Origin: Heterodontus francisci
Lineage: Eukaryota
Length of the DNA: 64,000 nt
Assembly: GCF_036365525.1 (NCBI RefSeq)
Contig: NW_027142279.1
Coordinates: 310,001-374,000, forward strand
Reading direction: 5' to 3'
Shown here: in pieces, positions 26,671 to 38,690 of the stretch
Position numbering within the stretch: the stretch's first letter is position 1
Layout: each line of letters begins with the position of its first letter
Program-made: the position numbers and the translations under genes
The notes under the pieces: generated by a model
Database searches by the model: none
Seen by the model: the letters and a program-made list of their open reading frames with translations, nothing else
What the model was told of the DNA's origin: nothing

Positions 26671-27032
26671 CAGGATTTCTCATTTTCCTCTGTCAGGATT
26701 TGAGTGAGCTGGATTATCCAGGGTGGAAGCACTGACCAGAAAAGAATGGAGCAGCACGAGGTTTGGGGAATGCTGGGCAGACCCACCATGCACATCCCTT
26801 CTGATCCCATCCCTCAGCAATCATTTAAGAGTGAGTGTTCCCTCCCAGAACAAAAACACTGGATTTCCATGATCAGATGGGAAAGTCATTCCAGCAAAAT
26901 CAAAACCTTCTTGAGACGGTCATGTTCAGCGTTCATAGATGTGTTGAGCAGACAGAGACTGCAATAAAACTTTAAAGACACAGTTTACAATCAGATTTAC
27001 AATCACACCGGGTGGTCAGGGAGTCAAACACG
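26671..27032 (+). repeat. Right arm of inverted duplication; terminal-exon-like (acceptor, short ORF, AATAAA)
   Basis: cctctgtcag|GATTTGAGTGAGCTGGATTATCCAGGGTGGAAGCACTGA; AATAAA 26963-26968. Confidence 0.7.
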
Positions 27033-27034
27033 TT

Positions 27035-27730
27035 AAAAACACGTTAAACACGGAAAAACACCAAAAAATTCAGCAACAACCTCAACAGGAAAAACACCAA
27101 CAAATTCAACAATAACTTCAGGAGGAAAACAACAACATCGAGAAAAAACACCAATAGATTCAACATCAAATTTAGCAGGAGACAAACAGGAAAAAATACA
27201 AAAACAACTGCACCTGAAAAATAACCCACGAACAAGCTCAGCAATAACTTCAACAGGAGAAAAATAAAGTACGAATAAAATCAACAACAACTTCAACAGG
27301 AGAAAAACACCAACAAAGTCAACAACAACTTTAGCAGGAGAAAAACACCAACAAATTCAACAACAACCTCAAGAGGAAAAGCACCAGCAAATTCAACAAG
27401 AAAAACACCAACAAATTCAACAACAACTTCAGCAGGAGTAAACAACAACAAATTCAAAACAACAACCTCAACAGGGAAAACACCATCAAATTCAACAACA
27501 ACTTCAACAGGAAAAACATCAACAAATTCAGCAACAACTTCAGCAGGAGAAAAACACCAACAATTTCAATAACAACCTCAACAGGAAAAACACCAAAAAA
27601 TTCAACAACAACCTCAACAGGAAAAAAAGCAACAAATGCAACAACAACTTCAACAGGAAAAACACCAACAAAGTCAACAACAACTTCAGCTGGAGAAAAA
27701 AACAACAAATTCAACAACAACCTCAGCAGG
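27035..27730 (+). repeat. CAA-rich minisatellite (CAA strand on +)
   Basis: aacaccaacaaattcaacaacaacttcagcaggag units. Confidence 0.9.
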
Positions 27731-27859
27731 CTCTGCACGTTGTCTGTTCGTGGGATCTTGCCTTGTAGAAACTGGCTGCCACACTTCCTGCATTACAGCA
27801 GTGGCTGTACTTCGAAACAGTCGCAAAGAATATGGGAATAGCAAAACATATGAGATTAG

Positions 27860-28750
27860 CAAAACTGTGAGATCTTGGGCTTCATAAATAGCGGCAGAGC
27901 CTACAAAATATGGGAAGTTATGCTGAATCTTTATAAAGCTCGAGTTAGGCCACAACTGGACAATTGCATCCAGTTCTGGTCACCACACTTTAGGAAGGAG
28001 GTGAGTTTCCTTGAGAGGGTGCAGAGGAGATTTACCAGAATGGTTCCAGGGATGGGGGATTTTAGTTACAAGGTTAGGTTGGAAAACCTGGAGAAAATGA
28101 GATTGAGTGGAGACCTGATAGAGGTGTGCAAGATTGTGACAGGTTTAGATGAGGATCACAAAGAAAAGCTGCTCCTCACCCAGGAGTCAGTTCCCCAGCT
28201 CCACTGACTAGTCCCACAGTGTTGGTGTTCCTGCTCCTCGCTCCAGCTGCAGGGAATTTACAGCACAGAAACAGACCATTCGGCCAGACACGTCCATGTA
28301 GGCCTTTTTGGTCCACACGAACATCGTTCCACGCCCTCTTCATCTCGCCCCCAGCCGCATCTCCTTCTGTTCCTCTCTCCCTCATGTCCTATGCAGCTTC
28401 CCCATCCCCCCAAGCTTAAATACATCTTGCCTATTCCCCTCAGCCTGTGGTAATGAGTTCCACATTCTCCCCACTCTCTGGGTGAAGATGTTTCTCCCGA
28501 ATTCCAAATTGGATTTATTGGTGACTGTCTTATATTGATGAACCCTCCCCCTTTTTCTGGTCTCACCTGCAAATGGAAAAAATCTTCTCCACAATAATGT
28601 GATCAAAACCCCTTTCATAATCTTAAAGAGCTCTATCAGGTCACTCCTCAGCCTTCTCTTTTCTAGGGAAAAGAGCCCCAGTCTGTTCAGTCTTTTCCTG
28701 ATCATTATAACCTCTCAGTTCTGATATCATCCTTGAACATCTTTCTGTGT
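27860..28750. mobile_element. Two CR1 fragments in opposite orientation
   Basis: + LYKARVRPQLDNCIQFWSPH (27875-28175); - LNRLGLFSLEKRRLRSDLIE (28250-28750). Confidence 0.85.
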
Positions 28751-28844
28751 CTTCTTCATGTCGAAGACATGTTCACACTGCAGTAGATAAACCCAACAGG
28801 ATACAGAGCTGCAGGCTTTTATCTGAAACAGGTGTTTCTGTTGG

Positions 28845-28883
28845 TGTTTTTGTTGAACTGCTCCGTCTCTCTGAGTCACTGTG
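28845..28883 (-). other. 23-RSS of the inverted V
   Basis: CACAGTG (28883-28877), 23 nt, ACAAAAACA (28853-28845). Confidence 0.95.
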
Positions 28884-29376
28884 CAGACTCCAGGCACAGA
28901 AATACAGGGCCGAGCGATTCTCCTGCAGGCTGGAGGACTCCAGGTTGAACTGGGAACCAGTCGGTCGTTTGGCAGTGAAACCCTCCACCGTCCCCTCTGA
29001 GTTCACACTTGGTGTAACTGCGGAGTAAAACATCAGCCGCAGCTCCTTCCCCAGGTCCTGTCTGTACCAGAACATGTAACCGCTACTCTGGCCCTCCACA
29101 CGGCACTCCAGTCCCACTCCCTCCCCAGGAAATCTGGAGACGGCGGTGGGAGTCTGGCGGACCCTCGCTGAGATCGCGCCTGAAGGAAGAGACCGGGAGA
29201 GAAGAAGGTCAGTGAACAGGGACAATCTGGGATGTGAAGAATGAAGGAAGGAGAGAAAGATAGAGAGAAAGAAAATAAGAAAGAGAGTTGTTAACACAAA
29301 CAATGTGGGTGTGGGGTGGAGGTGAGAAAGATCCCTTACTTTGAAATAAGACCATGAGACTCAGTAACAGATACAT
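28884..29376 (-). CDS. TRBV: TCR V segment, inverted, family A (TRBV30-like), apparently functional; leader 29376-29340, V exon 29179-28884
   Basis: Leader MYLLLSLMVLFQ|gtaag; V ..RVRQTPTAVSRFPGEGVGLECRVEGQSSGYMFWYRQDLGKELRLMFYS..FTAKRPTGSQFNLESSSLQENRSALYFCAWS; C23, W41, C104 present; 23-RSS. Confidence 0.9.
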
Positions 29377-29539
29377 CTTCCACTGGAAGCTTATCCTGCA
29401 ATTGGGAAATCAGTGGAAAGAAGAGAGTTGAGTCTTGTGAGAAGCCACATGAAGACTCAAGCAAGTGATTCAGGTTTGTCCAACACCTTCCTCCCTGATG
29501 AGGTACCCACGCCCCTCTTTCTACCATTGGCTGCCAGTA

Positions 29540-30420
29540 GTTGCTGTTGCATTTGTTGGTATAGATCTGCTGCTGAAGTTGTTGTTGTATTTGTTGTTGT
29601 ATTTGCTGGTGCTTTTCTCCGACTGAGGTTGTTGAATTTGTTAGTGTTTGAATCTTCTGCTGATCTGTTGTTGAATTTGTTGGTGTTTGAATCTTCATCA
29701 GGTGGCAGGACTATATCTCCAACACAGAAGTCCTTGAAGCGGCCAACATCCCCAGCTTATACACACTACTGAGTCAGCGGCGCTTGAGATGGCTTGGCCA
29801 TGTGAGCCGCATGGAAGATGGCAGGATCCCCAAAGACACATTGTACAGCGAGCTCGCCACTGGTATCAGACCCACCGGCCGTCCATGTCTCCGTTATAAA
29901 GACGTCTGCAAACGCGACATGAAATCGTGTGACATTGATCACAAGTCGTGGGAGTCAGTTGCCAGCATTCGCCAGAGCTGGCGGGCAGCCATAAAGACAG
30001 GGCTAAATTGTGGCGAGTTGAAGAGACTTTGTAGTTGGCAGGAAAAAAGACAGAGGCGCAAGGGGAGAGCCAACTGTGCAACAGCCCCAAGAAACAAATT
30101 TCTCTGCAGCACCTGTGGAAGAGCCTGTCACTCCAGAATTGGCCTTTATAGCCACTCCAGGCGCTGCTTCACAAACCACTGACCACCTCCAGGCGCGTAT
30201 CCATTGTCTCTCGAGATAAGGAGGCCCAAAAGAAGAATCTCCTGCTGATCTGTTGTTGAATTTGTTGGCGTTGTTTTCCTTTTGAGGTCGTTGTTGTGTT
30301 TGTTGGTGTTTTCCCTGCTGAGGTTTTTGTTGTACTTGTTTCCTTCCCTGCTTCAGTTGTTGTTCAATTTAGTTTTTGCATGTTGTTGTATTTTTTGGAG
30401 TTTTTCCCCCCTGCTGAGGT
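29540..30420 (-). repeat. CAA/TTG minisatellite (TTG on +), split by the RTE insertion
   Basis: ctgctgaagttgttgttgtatttgttg units on both sides of 29697-30237. Confidence 0.8.
29697..30237 (+). mobile_element. RTE-clade LINE 3' end
   Basis: RWLGHVSRMEDGRIPKDTLYSEL..RPTGRPCLRYKDVCKRD..CSTCGRACHSRIGLYSH; AAGAAG tail; GAATCT at both flanks (possible TSD). Confidence 0.9.
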
Positions 30421-31328
30421 TATTTTCTCTTTTTTAATTCATTCATGAGATTTTGGTTGTGGCCAGCATTTATTGTCCATCCCTAATCGTCTAATTGAGA
30501 AGGTGGTGCTGAGCTGCCTTCTTGAACCGCTGCAGTCATGTGGGGTAGGTTGACCCACAGTGCTGTTAGGAAGAGAGTTTCAGGATTTTGACCCAGTGAC
30601 AGTGAAGAATTTTCACAATGACTGGACTTCAGTGCGGTGAAGAACTTAACGCTATAACTCCCGTTTAGCAGAAGGGGGTGAAATAAAACTGTCTTGGCCC
30701 CGAAACAAGGCAGCAGGTTGACGGGTCGCATTGGGTCATAGAATCATGCAGGTCAAATCCAGGCCGTTCAGCCCATCGATCCTGGCCTGGCAGCTCGAAA
30801 GAGCGACTTCCTCCCATCTTTCTTCGTCTTACCCTATCAACAGATTCTTCTATTCCTTTCTCACTCATGTATTTATTCAGCTCCCCTTTAACTGCATCGT
30901 CTCTATTCGACCTCAACCCATTCCATTTGGTCTGTAATTCCACATTCTCTCCGCTCCCTGGGTTAAAGAACCTCCTCCTGAATTCCCAATTGGATTTATT
31001 AAGGACTACCTTACATTTATGATCCCTTATTTTCATCTTCCCTGTCCAATTGCTCCCACTCCCTGTTCTTTCTGAATAACCCTGCACTTGATCTTGCAGC
31101 TTGTCTGCCTCCTTCCCGACATGACAACAGTGACTGCACGTCAAAATGTATTTGACTGGTTGAGGCTTGAGTGAAGCAGAGAACTGTCGGGCCGAATGGC
31201 GCGGATCTTTGCATTAACTTCCATCTAGTTCTGTGCCACAAGCGCCAACACGAGTCGAGTAGGAGAATATAACTAATGACTGAAACAGGTTCAGTATCTG
31301 ACAATGAAACGCCTGCAGAATCAGTGCT

Positions 31329-31360
31329 TGCAGTTGCACCTGGAGCCACTAGGTGCCAGT
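31329..31360 (+). promoter_or_regulatory. CTCF-like motif between the divergent V genes
   Basis: TGCAGTTGC upstream module + CCACTAGGTGCCAG (1 mismatch to CCACTAGGTGGCAG). Confidence 0.4.
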
Positions 31361-31771
31361 GTTACTCCACTGTAGCCGCTGCCCAGAACATGCTCAGACA
31401 GAGTGAGCTTTACCCACAGCAGCTCCACATGTCAACTTGGCTGCTTCTGAAATGTTTCACTTCTCAACTATTTCACAGACACACAAAAAAAAACAGTTGG
31501 ACTTCATCATGTTTGGTCTTTAATAGTGACCAGAGCACCCCGGATTCCCCTGAGGCCTCCTCAGCTCAGCCCATGAAATGACCTGTCAACATGTCAACAT
31601 GTGGGAGCCAATGAACCATCAGGAATTTGCACCCCCTCCCTCCCCCCAATGGGAACATGAAACAGTGGGGAGGAGGAGACAGTAAATGTCACTCAGAACA
31701 TTGAGATTTTCTGCAATAAACCAGCTCAGTGATTTCACACAATGAACAAATGGATCTGTCTCCCTCCAGAG

Positions 31772-32671
31772 ATGACTGTGTCTCACCTCTGGGTTGTGTT
31801 ACTGGTGTTAAGGGGTAAGGTGGACCTCGACTGGGAGATGTCAGTCATCTTCACTGCTCTTTCCCTGTGTGACCCCATTGGGGGTTTACCCCCTTACAAG
31901 GCACCGTCACTGTGATTGTTAATTTAGCTGCTCTCTTTCTCTTTTTGTATCCCTTTCTCTATCTCACTTTCTCTCTGTCTAACAATATATGTTCCTCTAT
32001 GTCTGTCCCTCCCACTCTCCCTGTCTCTCTGTCTCTCTTGCTCTCTCTCCCTGTCCTCTTAGCTCCTTCATGTCTGTTGCCGATGTCTAGAATGTTGCTG
32101 TTTTTCTCCCTCTGTCTGTGCTTCCCTCTCTCTCTCTCTCTCTCTCTGTCTCTGCTTCTCTCCTTTTCTCTCACTCTTTTTCACTCTATGTCTTTCTCTC
32201 TCTTTGCAGCTCCCCGTCTCCCACCTCTCCCTTCTTACTAAGAAACACGGGGCATTTAGGGCACACAGCAGGTCATTCAGCCCATCGTGCCTCTCCCCTC
32301 TTCGTGGCCGATGTCAATTTAAACATTGTCCCTGGGTTTATCTCTCTCTCTCTCTCTCTCTCTGTTTTACAGATGTGGGGGCCGTGTTGATGCAACAGAT
32401 TCCCGCTTCCATATCCTATTCCCCAGGCTCTCCAGTCAGTATCCAGTGTATTTACACAAAGGCAGATGCTGGCTCCGATGTCCACTGGTACCCGTGGCAT
32501 CCGGACCGTGAGCCCGAGAACCTTTTCTATTCCACCTCTGCCGGAACAGTCATTCCCTCCAGAGAGGTTGGCGGTTTCACCGCCAGGAGACCCAGCAACA
32601 CCCATTTTTACCTGGAGTCCACCAGCCTGTGGGTGAATCAATCAGCCGTGTATTACTGTGCCTGGAGTCTG
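31772..32671 (+). CDS. TRBV: TCR V segment, divergent family-A relative; leader 31772-31814, V exon 32373-32671; open frame but atypical FR2 (WYPW)
   Basis: MTVSHLWVVLLVLR|gtaag; ..LMQQIPASISYSPGSPVSIQCIYTKADAGSDVHWYPWHPDREPENLFYS..NQSAVYYCAWS. Confidence 0.85.
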
Positions 32672-32710
32672 CACAGTGACTCAGAAAGGTGCCAGATTTC
32701 AGCAAAAACT
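32672..32710 (+). other. 23-RSS
   Basis: CACAGTG-23-GCAAAAACT. Confidence 0.92.
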
Positions 32711-32798
32711 CTAAAGGGGAGGAAAGCACTTGTGGGAGATGAACCCGTCTGTCTATCTCAGTGTCTTTCTGTCTCTCTGACTATCTGCAGGTTTCTGT

Positions 32799-33138
32799 NN
32801 NNNNNNNNNNNNNNNNNNNNNNNNNNNNNNNNNNNNNNNNNNNNNNNNNNNNNNNNNNNNNNNNNNNNNNNNNNNNNNNNNNNNNNNNNNNNNNNNNNNN
32901 NNNNNNNNNNNNNNNNNNNNNNNNNNNNNTTTCTATCTATCNNNNNNNNNNNNNNNNNNNNNNNNNNNNNNNNNNNNNNNNNNNNNNNNNNNNNNNNNNN
33001 NNNNNNNNNNNNNNNNNNNNNNNNNNNNNNNNNNNNNNNNNNNNNNNNNNNNNNNNNNNNNNNNNNNNNNNNNNNNNNNNNNNNNNNNNNNNNNNNNNNN
33101 NNNNNNNNNNNNNNNNNNNNNNNNNNNNNNNNNNNNNN
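32799..33138. other. N runs (also 45577-45958 and 52537-52675) within GATA/TCTA microsatellites
   Basis: N blocks flanked by tctatc/gataga repeats. Confidence 0.95.
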
Positions 33139-34088
33139 TTGGTTATTTGCACTATTTATCTATCTATTTACCTTGATTATATATATATTTGTCCTCGATT
33201 TATCTCTCTGTCTCTCACCTCTCTAAATATGCATACACCATATATCTGACGTTTATCATCTATCTAAAACCATTATTTGCACCATACCAGTTTAATTATT
33301 GATAGATCATGATTTGTATTTTACTGATAGTTTCATCTTCTTGCTCTCCTTCGACTCAGAGTACATCAATACATTATGAATTATTAAAAATGCTGCAGCA
33401 ATGTGCTCAGATCCTTCTCGTTAAGGCAGCCTCTACCTGTAAAGAACAGATTCCGAGGTGGGGTAAATGGGCTCATGGTCCTGTTGAATGATCTGTCTGT
33501 GGTATGTGACAAGAGTTACACATAGCTCCCTATTGTACATGTCCACGATGATTCATTCAATGCAAAAGTGAGACACCTCCCCAGAGAGGTCTCTCACTGG
33601 AACACCTGCCTCCTGACGGCGGTTTGAGCATCTGTTCAAAACAGTTAACCCACTTCTTCATGACACTGTCGCTTTTCAAAGTATCTAAGATTTCACCCCA
33701 ATGTAAAACATAACCCTTGAATTGTCGTTTAGCACAGGGGAAAATAAATTTTGATCTGCCTAATACAAACAAGCAACTTGATGTGTCTTATATATTTATA
33801 AAATCATACAGCAGAGCCGAGGCCGTTCAGCCTATCGAGCCTGGCCCGTCTGTTCGAAAGAGCTACCCTATACAACACCAATCAGACACAAGCAACGAGA
33901 GCCAGATACAGACGGGAAGCAGTTCCTTATTCAAGCTCCTTCCGACCAGTGGGTGTTATTATTCTGTCATACCCAGAAGTGAGGGGTCAGAAGGAAACCC
34001 TGATTCCAGTGCTGTCATTTCCGCTCTCTGCTTTATCTTCAGCCGCCTGATATTGGTTCATGAACAGATTCAGCCCTCAGTCTGCAGG

Positions 34089-34904
34089 ATGCAGTTAGTC
34101 AAACTCTTCCTAATCGTCTGTTCTCTTCTTCCATGTAGGTATTCATTGTTCATAAAGATACCTGTGCTAAAATACATGCTGTGTTTTCATTCACTGCTAA
34201 GTTCTATCAAACTAGATTGATACAACATCATTGCAGTCGATTTTCTGTCATTTCTTAAACTACATACTTTACTTTCACTGTAAATAATATTTACTTAATG
34301 AAATTATTGACTGAATGAAAGTTACTTATATATTCGTGACGCTACTATACCTATCTTTAACCGATAAGTTTTCCCTAATTCTGGGTTAATTTGTCTCTCT
34401 CATTTCACTTGCTACATTATTTTTCAATCTCTATATCTATCTGTTTATTATCTATATATCTACAAATATATCATTTAACTATATATTGTCTGCCTATATC
34501 GTTATCTAGTATTATCTACTTATCTATCTGGACAGTTATAGTTGGTTATCATATGTCACAATATGTTCCAAACTTTTTTAACTATTCTCCTTGTTTCTCA
34601 AGGCAAAACTCTAGCAGAGGTGATACACCAGTGGCCAACTCTGGTGGCAGTGAAGGGAGGCGAACCAGCAGAATTAAACTGTTACCAGAATGACAGTAGT
34701 AAGAACGTTATGCTGTGGTATCGGCAGTATGCCGGGCAGGGGCTCACCCTAATGGGCTATTCTTTCACTGGAAGCTCACCCACGTACGAAGGAAAATTTG
34801 AAGAGGAGGTGAAGATTATAAGGCCCGAGGACAAACGATGCAGCCTGAGTGTCCTCAAGGTTAAGGCTGCGGATGCGGCGGTGTATTACTGTGCAGCCAG
34901 GGAG
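34089..34904 (+). CDS. TRBV: TCR V segment, family B, apparently functional; leader 34089-34134, V exon 34603-34904
   Basis: MQLVKLFLIVCSLLP|gtaggt; EVIHQWPTLVAVKGGEPAELNCYQNDSSKNVMLWYRQYAGQGLTLMGYS..YEGKF..AADAAVYYCAAR. Confidence 0.9.
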
Positions 34905-34943
34905 CACAGCGCTGCAGACTGCCTTAGTGCCAGTACAAAAACC
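34905..34943 (+). other. 23-RSS
   Basis: CACAGCG-23-ACAAAAACC. Confidence 0.95.
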
Positions 34944-35299
34944 AACAGGGTGAACAACACAACTGACTGACATACAGGAGCAGTGACAATGGTTAATGTC
35001 TCTCCCTGCCTCACCGGCCGTTTTCCAAGCTGGTGATTCCCGGATTCCTGAACCTTCATCAAGGGCTGAATGACTGGGAATAGCAGAAGGGACGAGGAAG
35101 AGAGAGAAGGAAAGAAAGAGATGTGCCTCAGATCCCCTGCAAAATTTCAAAGTCCTCGTCCACACTGTTTAATTTCTGGCACTGTGTATGTTAAAACTGA
35201 GTCACAGTCGCTGTCTCATACTTGATTAAATAATAGGTTAATTAATGATCTAAATAAGACAGATAGTTAACATCGCCATTGTGAAGTGATGGATAGAGT

Positions 35300-35820
35300 A
35301 TCAATCATCTACAAGGCACAAGTCAGGAGTGTGATGGAATACTCTCCACTTGCCTGGATGGGTGCAGCTCCAACAACACTCAGGGAGCTCAACACCATCC
35401 AGGAAAAAGCAGTCCTCTTGATCAGCAACCCATCTACCACCTTCAACACTCATTCCCTTCACCACAGTGACAGCAGTGTGTACCATCGACAAGATGCACT
35501 GCAGCAAAGCATCGAGTGTCCTTAGACAGCACCTTCCAAACCAACCAACTCTACCAACTAGAAGGACAAGGGCAGCAAATACATGGGGGCACCACCACCT
35601 GCAAGTTCCCCTCCAAGTCACACACCATCCTGACTTGGAACTATATCGCCGTTTCTTCACTGACACTGGGTCAAAATCCTGGAACTCCCTTCCCAACAGC
35701 ACTGTGGGTGTACCTACCCCCCATGGTTCAAGAAGGCAGCTCACCACCACCTTCTCAAGGGTAATGAATGTTGTGAAATAATTGCTGGCCTTGTGAAAAA
35801 ACTCACGTCCCATGAACGAA
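35300..35820 (+). mobile_element. CR1/L2-group LINE 3' fragment (same family inverted at 63300-63870)
   Basis: IYKAQVRSVMEYSPLAWMGAAPTTLRELNTIQEKAV. Confidence 0.8.
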
Positions 35821-36129
35821 TAAGAAAAAAAAATTATAAAAGGTCTTCCAGGACTTCACAGACGCCCCAAAACAGTTAACAGCCAATTAAGAACTGGAAA
35901 ATGATAGTCTGATCCTCTGCTACTTCTTCCCTTGCTTTGATTTTTTTTTATTCATTCTGGGGACCTGGGTCCCTCTGAGAAGGCCAGTAGTTATTCAACA
36001 TCACTCATTGCCCTGGAGAAGGTGTGTGTTGCCTTGTAGGTAACTGAAGGGTTTGCTAGGTCATTTCAGAGAGCAGTGTACTTAAAACACGGAAGCCAAC
36101 TGGTGTACAGCACCATGTCATAGGCAGCA

Positions 36130-36172
36130 TAGACAGGCAGATAGATAGCTAGGAAGGCAGACAGGCAGACAT

Positions 36173-36230
<58 letters not shown>

Positions 36231-36545
36231 GATAGATAGATAGATAGACAGACAGATAGATAGAAAGACAGATGTGTAGACAGATTGATAGATAGACAGA
36301 CAGATAGGTAGACAAATAGTCAAATAGATTGTTAGACAGACAGACAGATATGCAGATAGGTAGATATGAAGACAGACAGACAAAAGATAGGTAGATATGA
36401 AGACAGGCAGACGGATTCATACAGATAGAGAGACAAATTGACACAGATAGACAGACAGACACACAGCCATGCAGATGGATAGATAGAGAGAAAGTTAGAC
36501 AGATAGCTACAGAGATAGATAGATAGCTGTATAGATAAACAGACA
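36130..36545. repeat. (GATA)n/(GACA)n microsatellite
   Basis: Direct observation. Confidence 0.95.
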
Positions 36546-36694
36546 GAGATCTTTTTCTCCCTTTCTCCATCTATCTCTATCACTGCCTCTCTTTTACTCT
36601 ATCTGTTTTTCACCATATCATCCTCTCTGACTCTGTCTCGCACTATGTCTCTCACTCATTCCTTGGCACTTTCACACACACTCTATCACTCCAA

Positions 36695-38285
36695 TAGAAT
36701 CATAGAAAGTTTAAGGAACAGCAAGAGGCCACTTGGCCCATCGTGTCTGTGGCGGCTGAAAAACAATCCACCTATTCATATCACACTTTCCAGCATTTGG
36801 TCCATAGCCCTGCAGATTACCGCACTTGAGGTGCATATCCAGACTCCTTTGAATGAGTTGAGAGTGTCTGCCTCAACTACCCTTTCAGGCAGCGAGTACC
36901 TGACCCCCACTACCCTCTAAGGTTTTCCTTATCTCCCCTCTAATTCTTCTACCAATCACATTAAATCTCTTCCCCCTCGTCACTGATCTCTCTGCCAAGA
37001 TGAATAGACCCTTCACCTCCACTCTATCCAGGCCCCTTCAATATTTTGCACATTTCAAACAGACCTCCCCTCAGCTTTCTCTGTTCCAAGGAGAACAACC
37101 CCAGCCTATCCAATCTTTCCGCATAGCTGCATTTTCCAGTTCTGGCAACATCCTCGTAAATCCCCTCTGTACCCTCTCTAGTGCAATTACATTCTTTCTG
37201 CAATGAGGTGACCAGAACTGCACACAGTACTCAAGTTGTGGCCTAACCAATGATGTATACAGTTCCAGCATAACCTCCCTGTTCTTGTATTCTATACCTC
37301 AGCTAAGAAAGGAACGGATTCCATATGCCTTCTTAACCACCTTATCGACCTGTTCTGCTACCTTCAGGGATCTGTGGACATTCACTCCAAGGTCCCTCAC
37401 TTCCTCTACACTTCTCAGTATTTTCCCATTAATCGTATGTTCCTTTGCCTTGTTCGACCTCCCCAAATGCATCACCTCACACCTCTCCAAGTTGGATTCC
37501 ATTTGCCACTCTTCTGCCCATCTGACAAGACCATCAATATCTTCCTGCAGCCTACAGCTATCCACCTCGCGATCTACCACACGGCTAATCCTTGTGTTAT
37601 CTACATACATTTGGATTATGCCCCCCTACATTTACATCCAAATCGTTAATAAAAACCACAAAAATCAGGGAACCCAGTGCTGAGCCCTGTGCAACGCCAC
37701 TGGGAACAGCCCTCCAGTCGCTAAAACACCCATCAACAATTACCCTTTGTTTCCTGCCACTAAGCCAATTTTGTATCCACCTTGCTGCATTTCCCTTGAT
37801 CCCATGGGATTTTGTTTTTTTTGAACCAGTCTGCCATGTGCAGCCTTTTCAAAAGCCTTGCTAAAATCCAGGTAGACCACGTCAACTGCACTACTCTCGT
37901 CTATCTTCCTTGTTACTTCTTCAAAAAATTCGATCAAGTAGATCAAACAAGATCGTCCCTTAACATATCTATGCTGACTATCCTTGATTAACCCATGCCT
38001 TTCTAAGTGACAGTTTATCCTGTCTCCCAGAATAGATTGCCATAATTTGCTCATTACTGAGGTCAGACTTACTGGCCTGTAAGTAGTCAGTCTATCCTTC
38101 CCTCCCTTTTTAAACGGAGGCACAACATTAACAATTCTCCAATCCTCCGGCGCCACATCTGTAATCAATGAGGACTGCAAAAAGATGCTCTGTTATTTCT
38201 TCTCTTGCTTCTTTTCACAGCATTGGGTTCATTGCATCCGGCCCTGGTGATTTATCAACTTTCAAGGATGCTAATCCCATTAATG
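36695..38285 (-). mobile_element. CR1 LINE ORF2 RT fragment
   Basis: PEDWRIVNVVPPFKKG..YRPVSLTSV..VDVVYLDFSKAF; LVRPQLEYCVQFWSP. Confidence 0.93.
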
Positions 38286-38286
38286 T

Positions 38287-38690
38287 TTCCTCCCTCAGCT
38301 TCGCTCCCTTAAACCCAGAGCAATCAGCAGAAAGTGTCTTAGATCCGCCGCAAACATGCCATTCAATTTCATCGACGTTTGCTATTTTCCTTCTGTCGCT
38401 GAGTATGTTTAAATTCTGTCACAATCACTGTTTTACATTTGATCAACTGATTAATGAGCTCAACACGACTGTGCGGCGGTGACTTGTGAAATCAGCAATC
38501 AATTATTGAATATAAGATAGTGAACTCATTAATCTGTTCCCCCTTTTTTGGCAACAAAAGTGTTAAGAATATACTGTTAACCATATAACATCTACACCCA
38601 CTTTTACTCATGTAGATTTCACTATTCTGCTTTACATCTGTACAGATACTGGGAGGAAATTAGGACAAAGACTGAATTTGTATCGTTAAT
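38287..38690 (+). pseudogene. TRBV: Orphan frameshifted V leader + partial intron (paralogue of 39380-39795), no V exon
   Basis: ATG 38356 ..ctga|gtatgt at 38402 (47 nt versus 46 nt in the paralogue); intron homology stops at ~38690. Confidence 0.75.

Noticed and set aside
25493-27887. Gln/Asn-rich and Leu/Val-rich ORFs
   Set aside because: Products of the CAA minisatellite.
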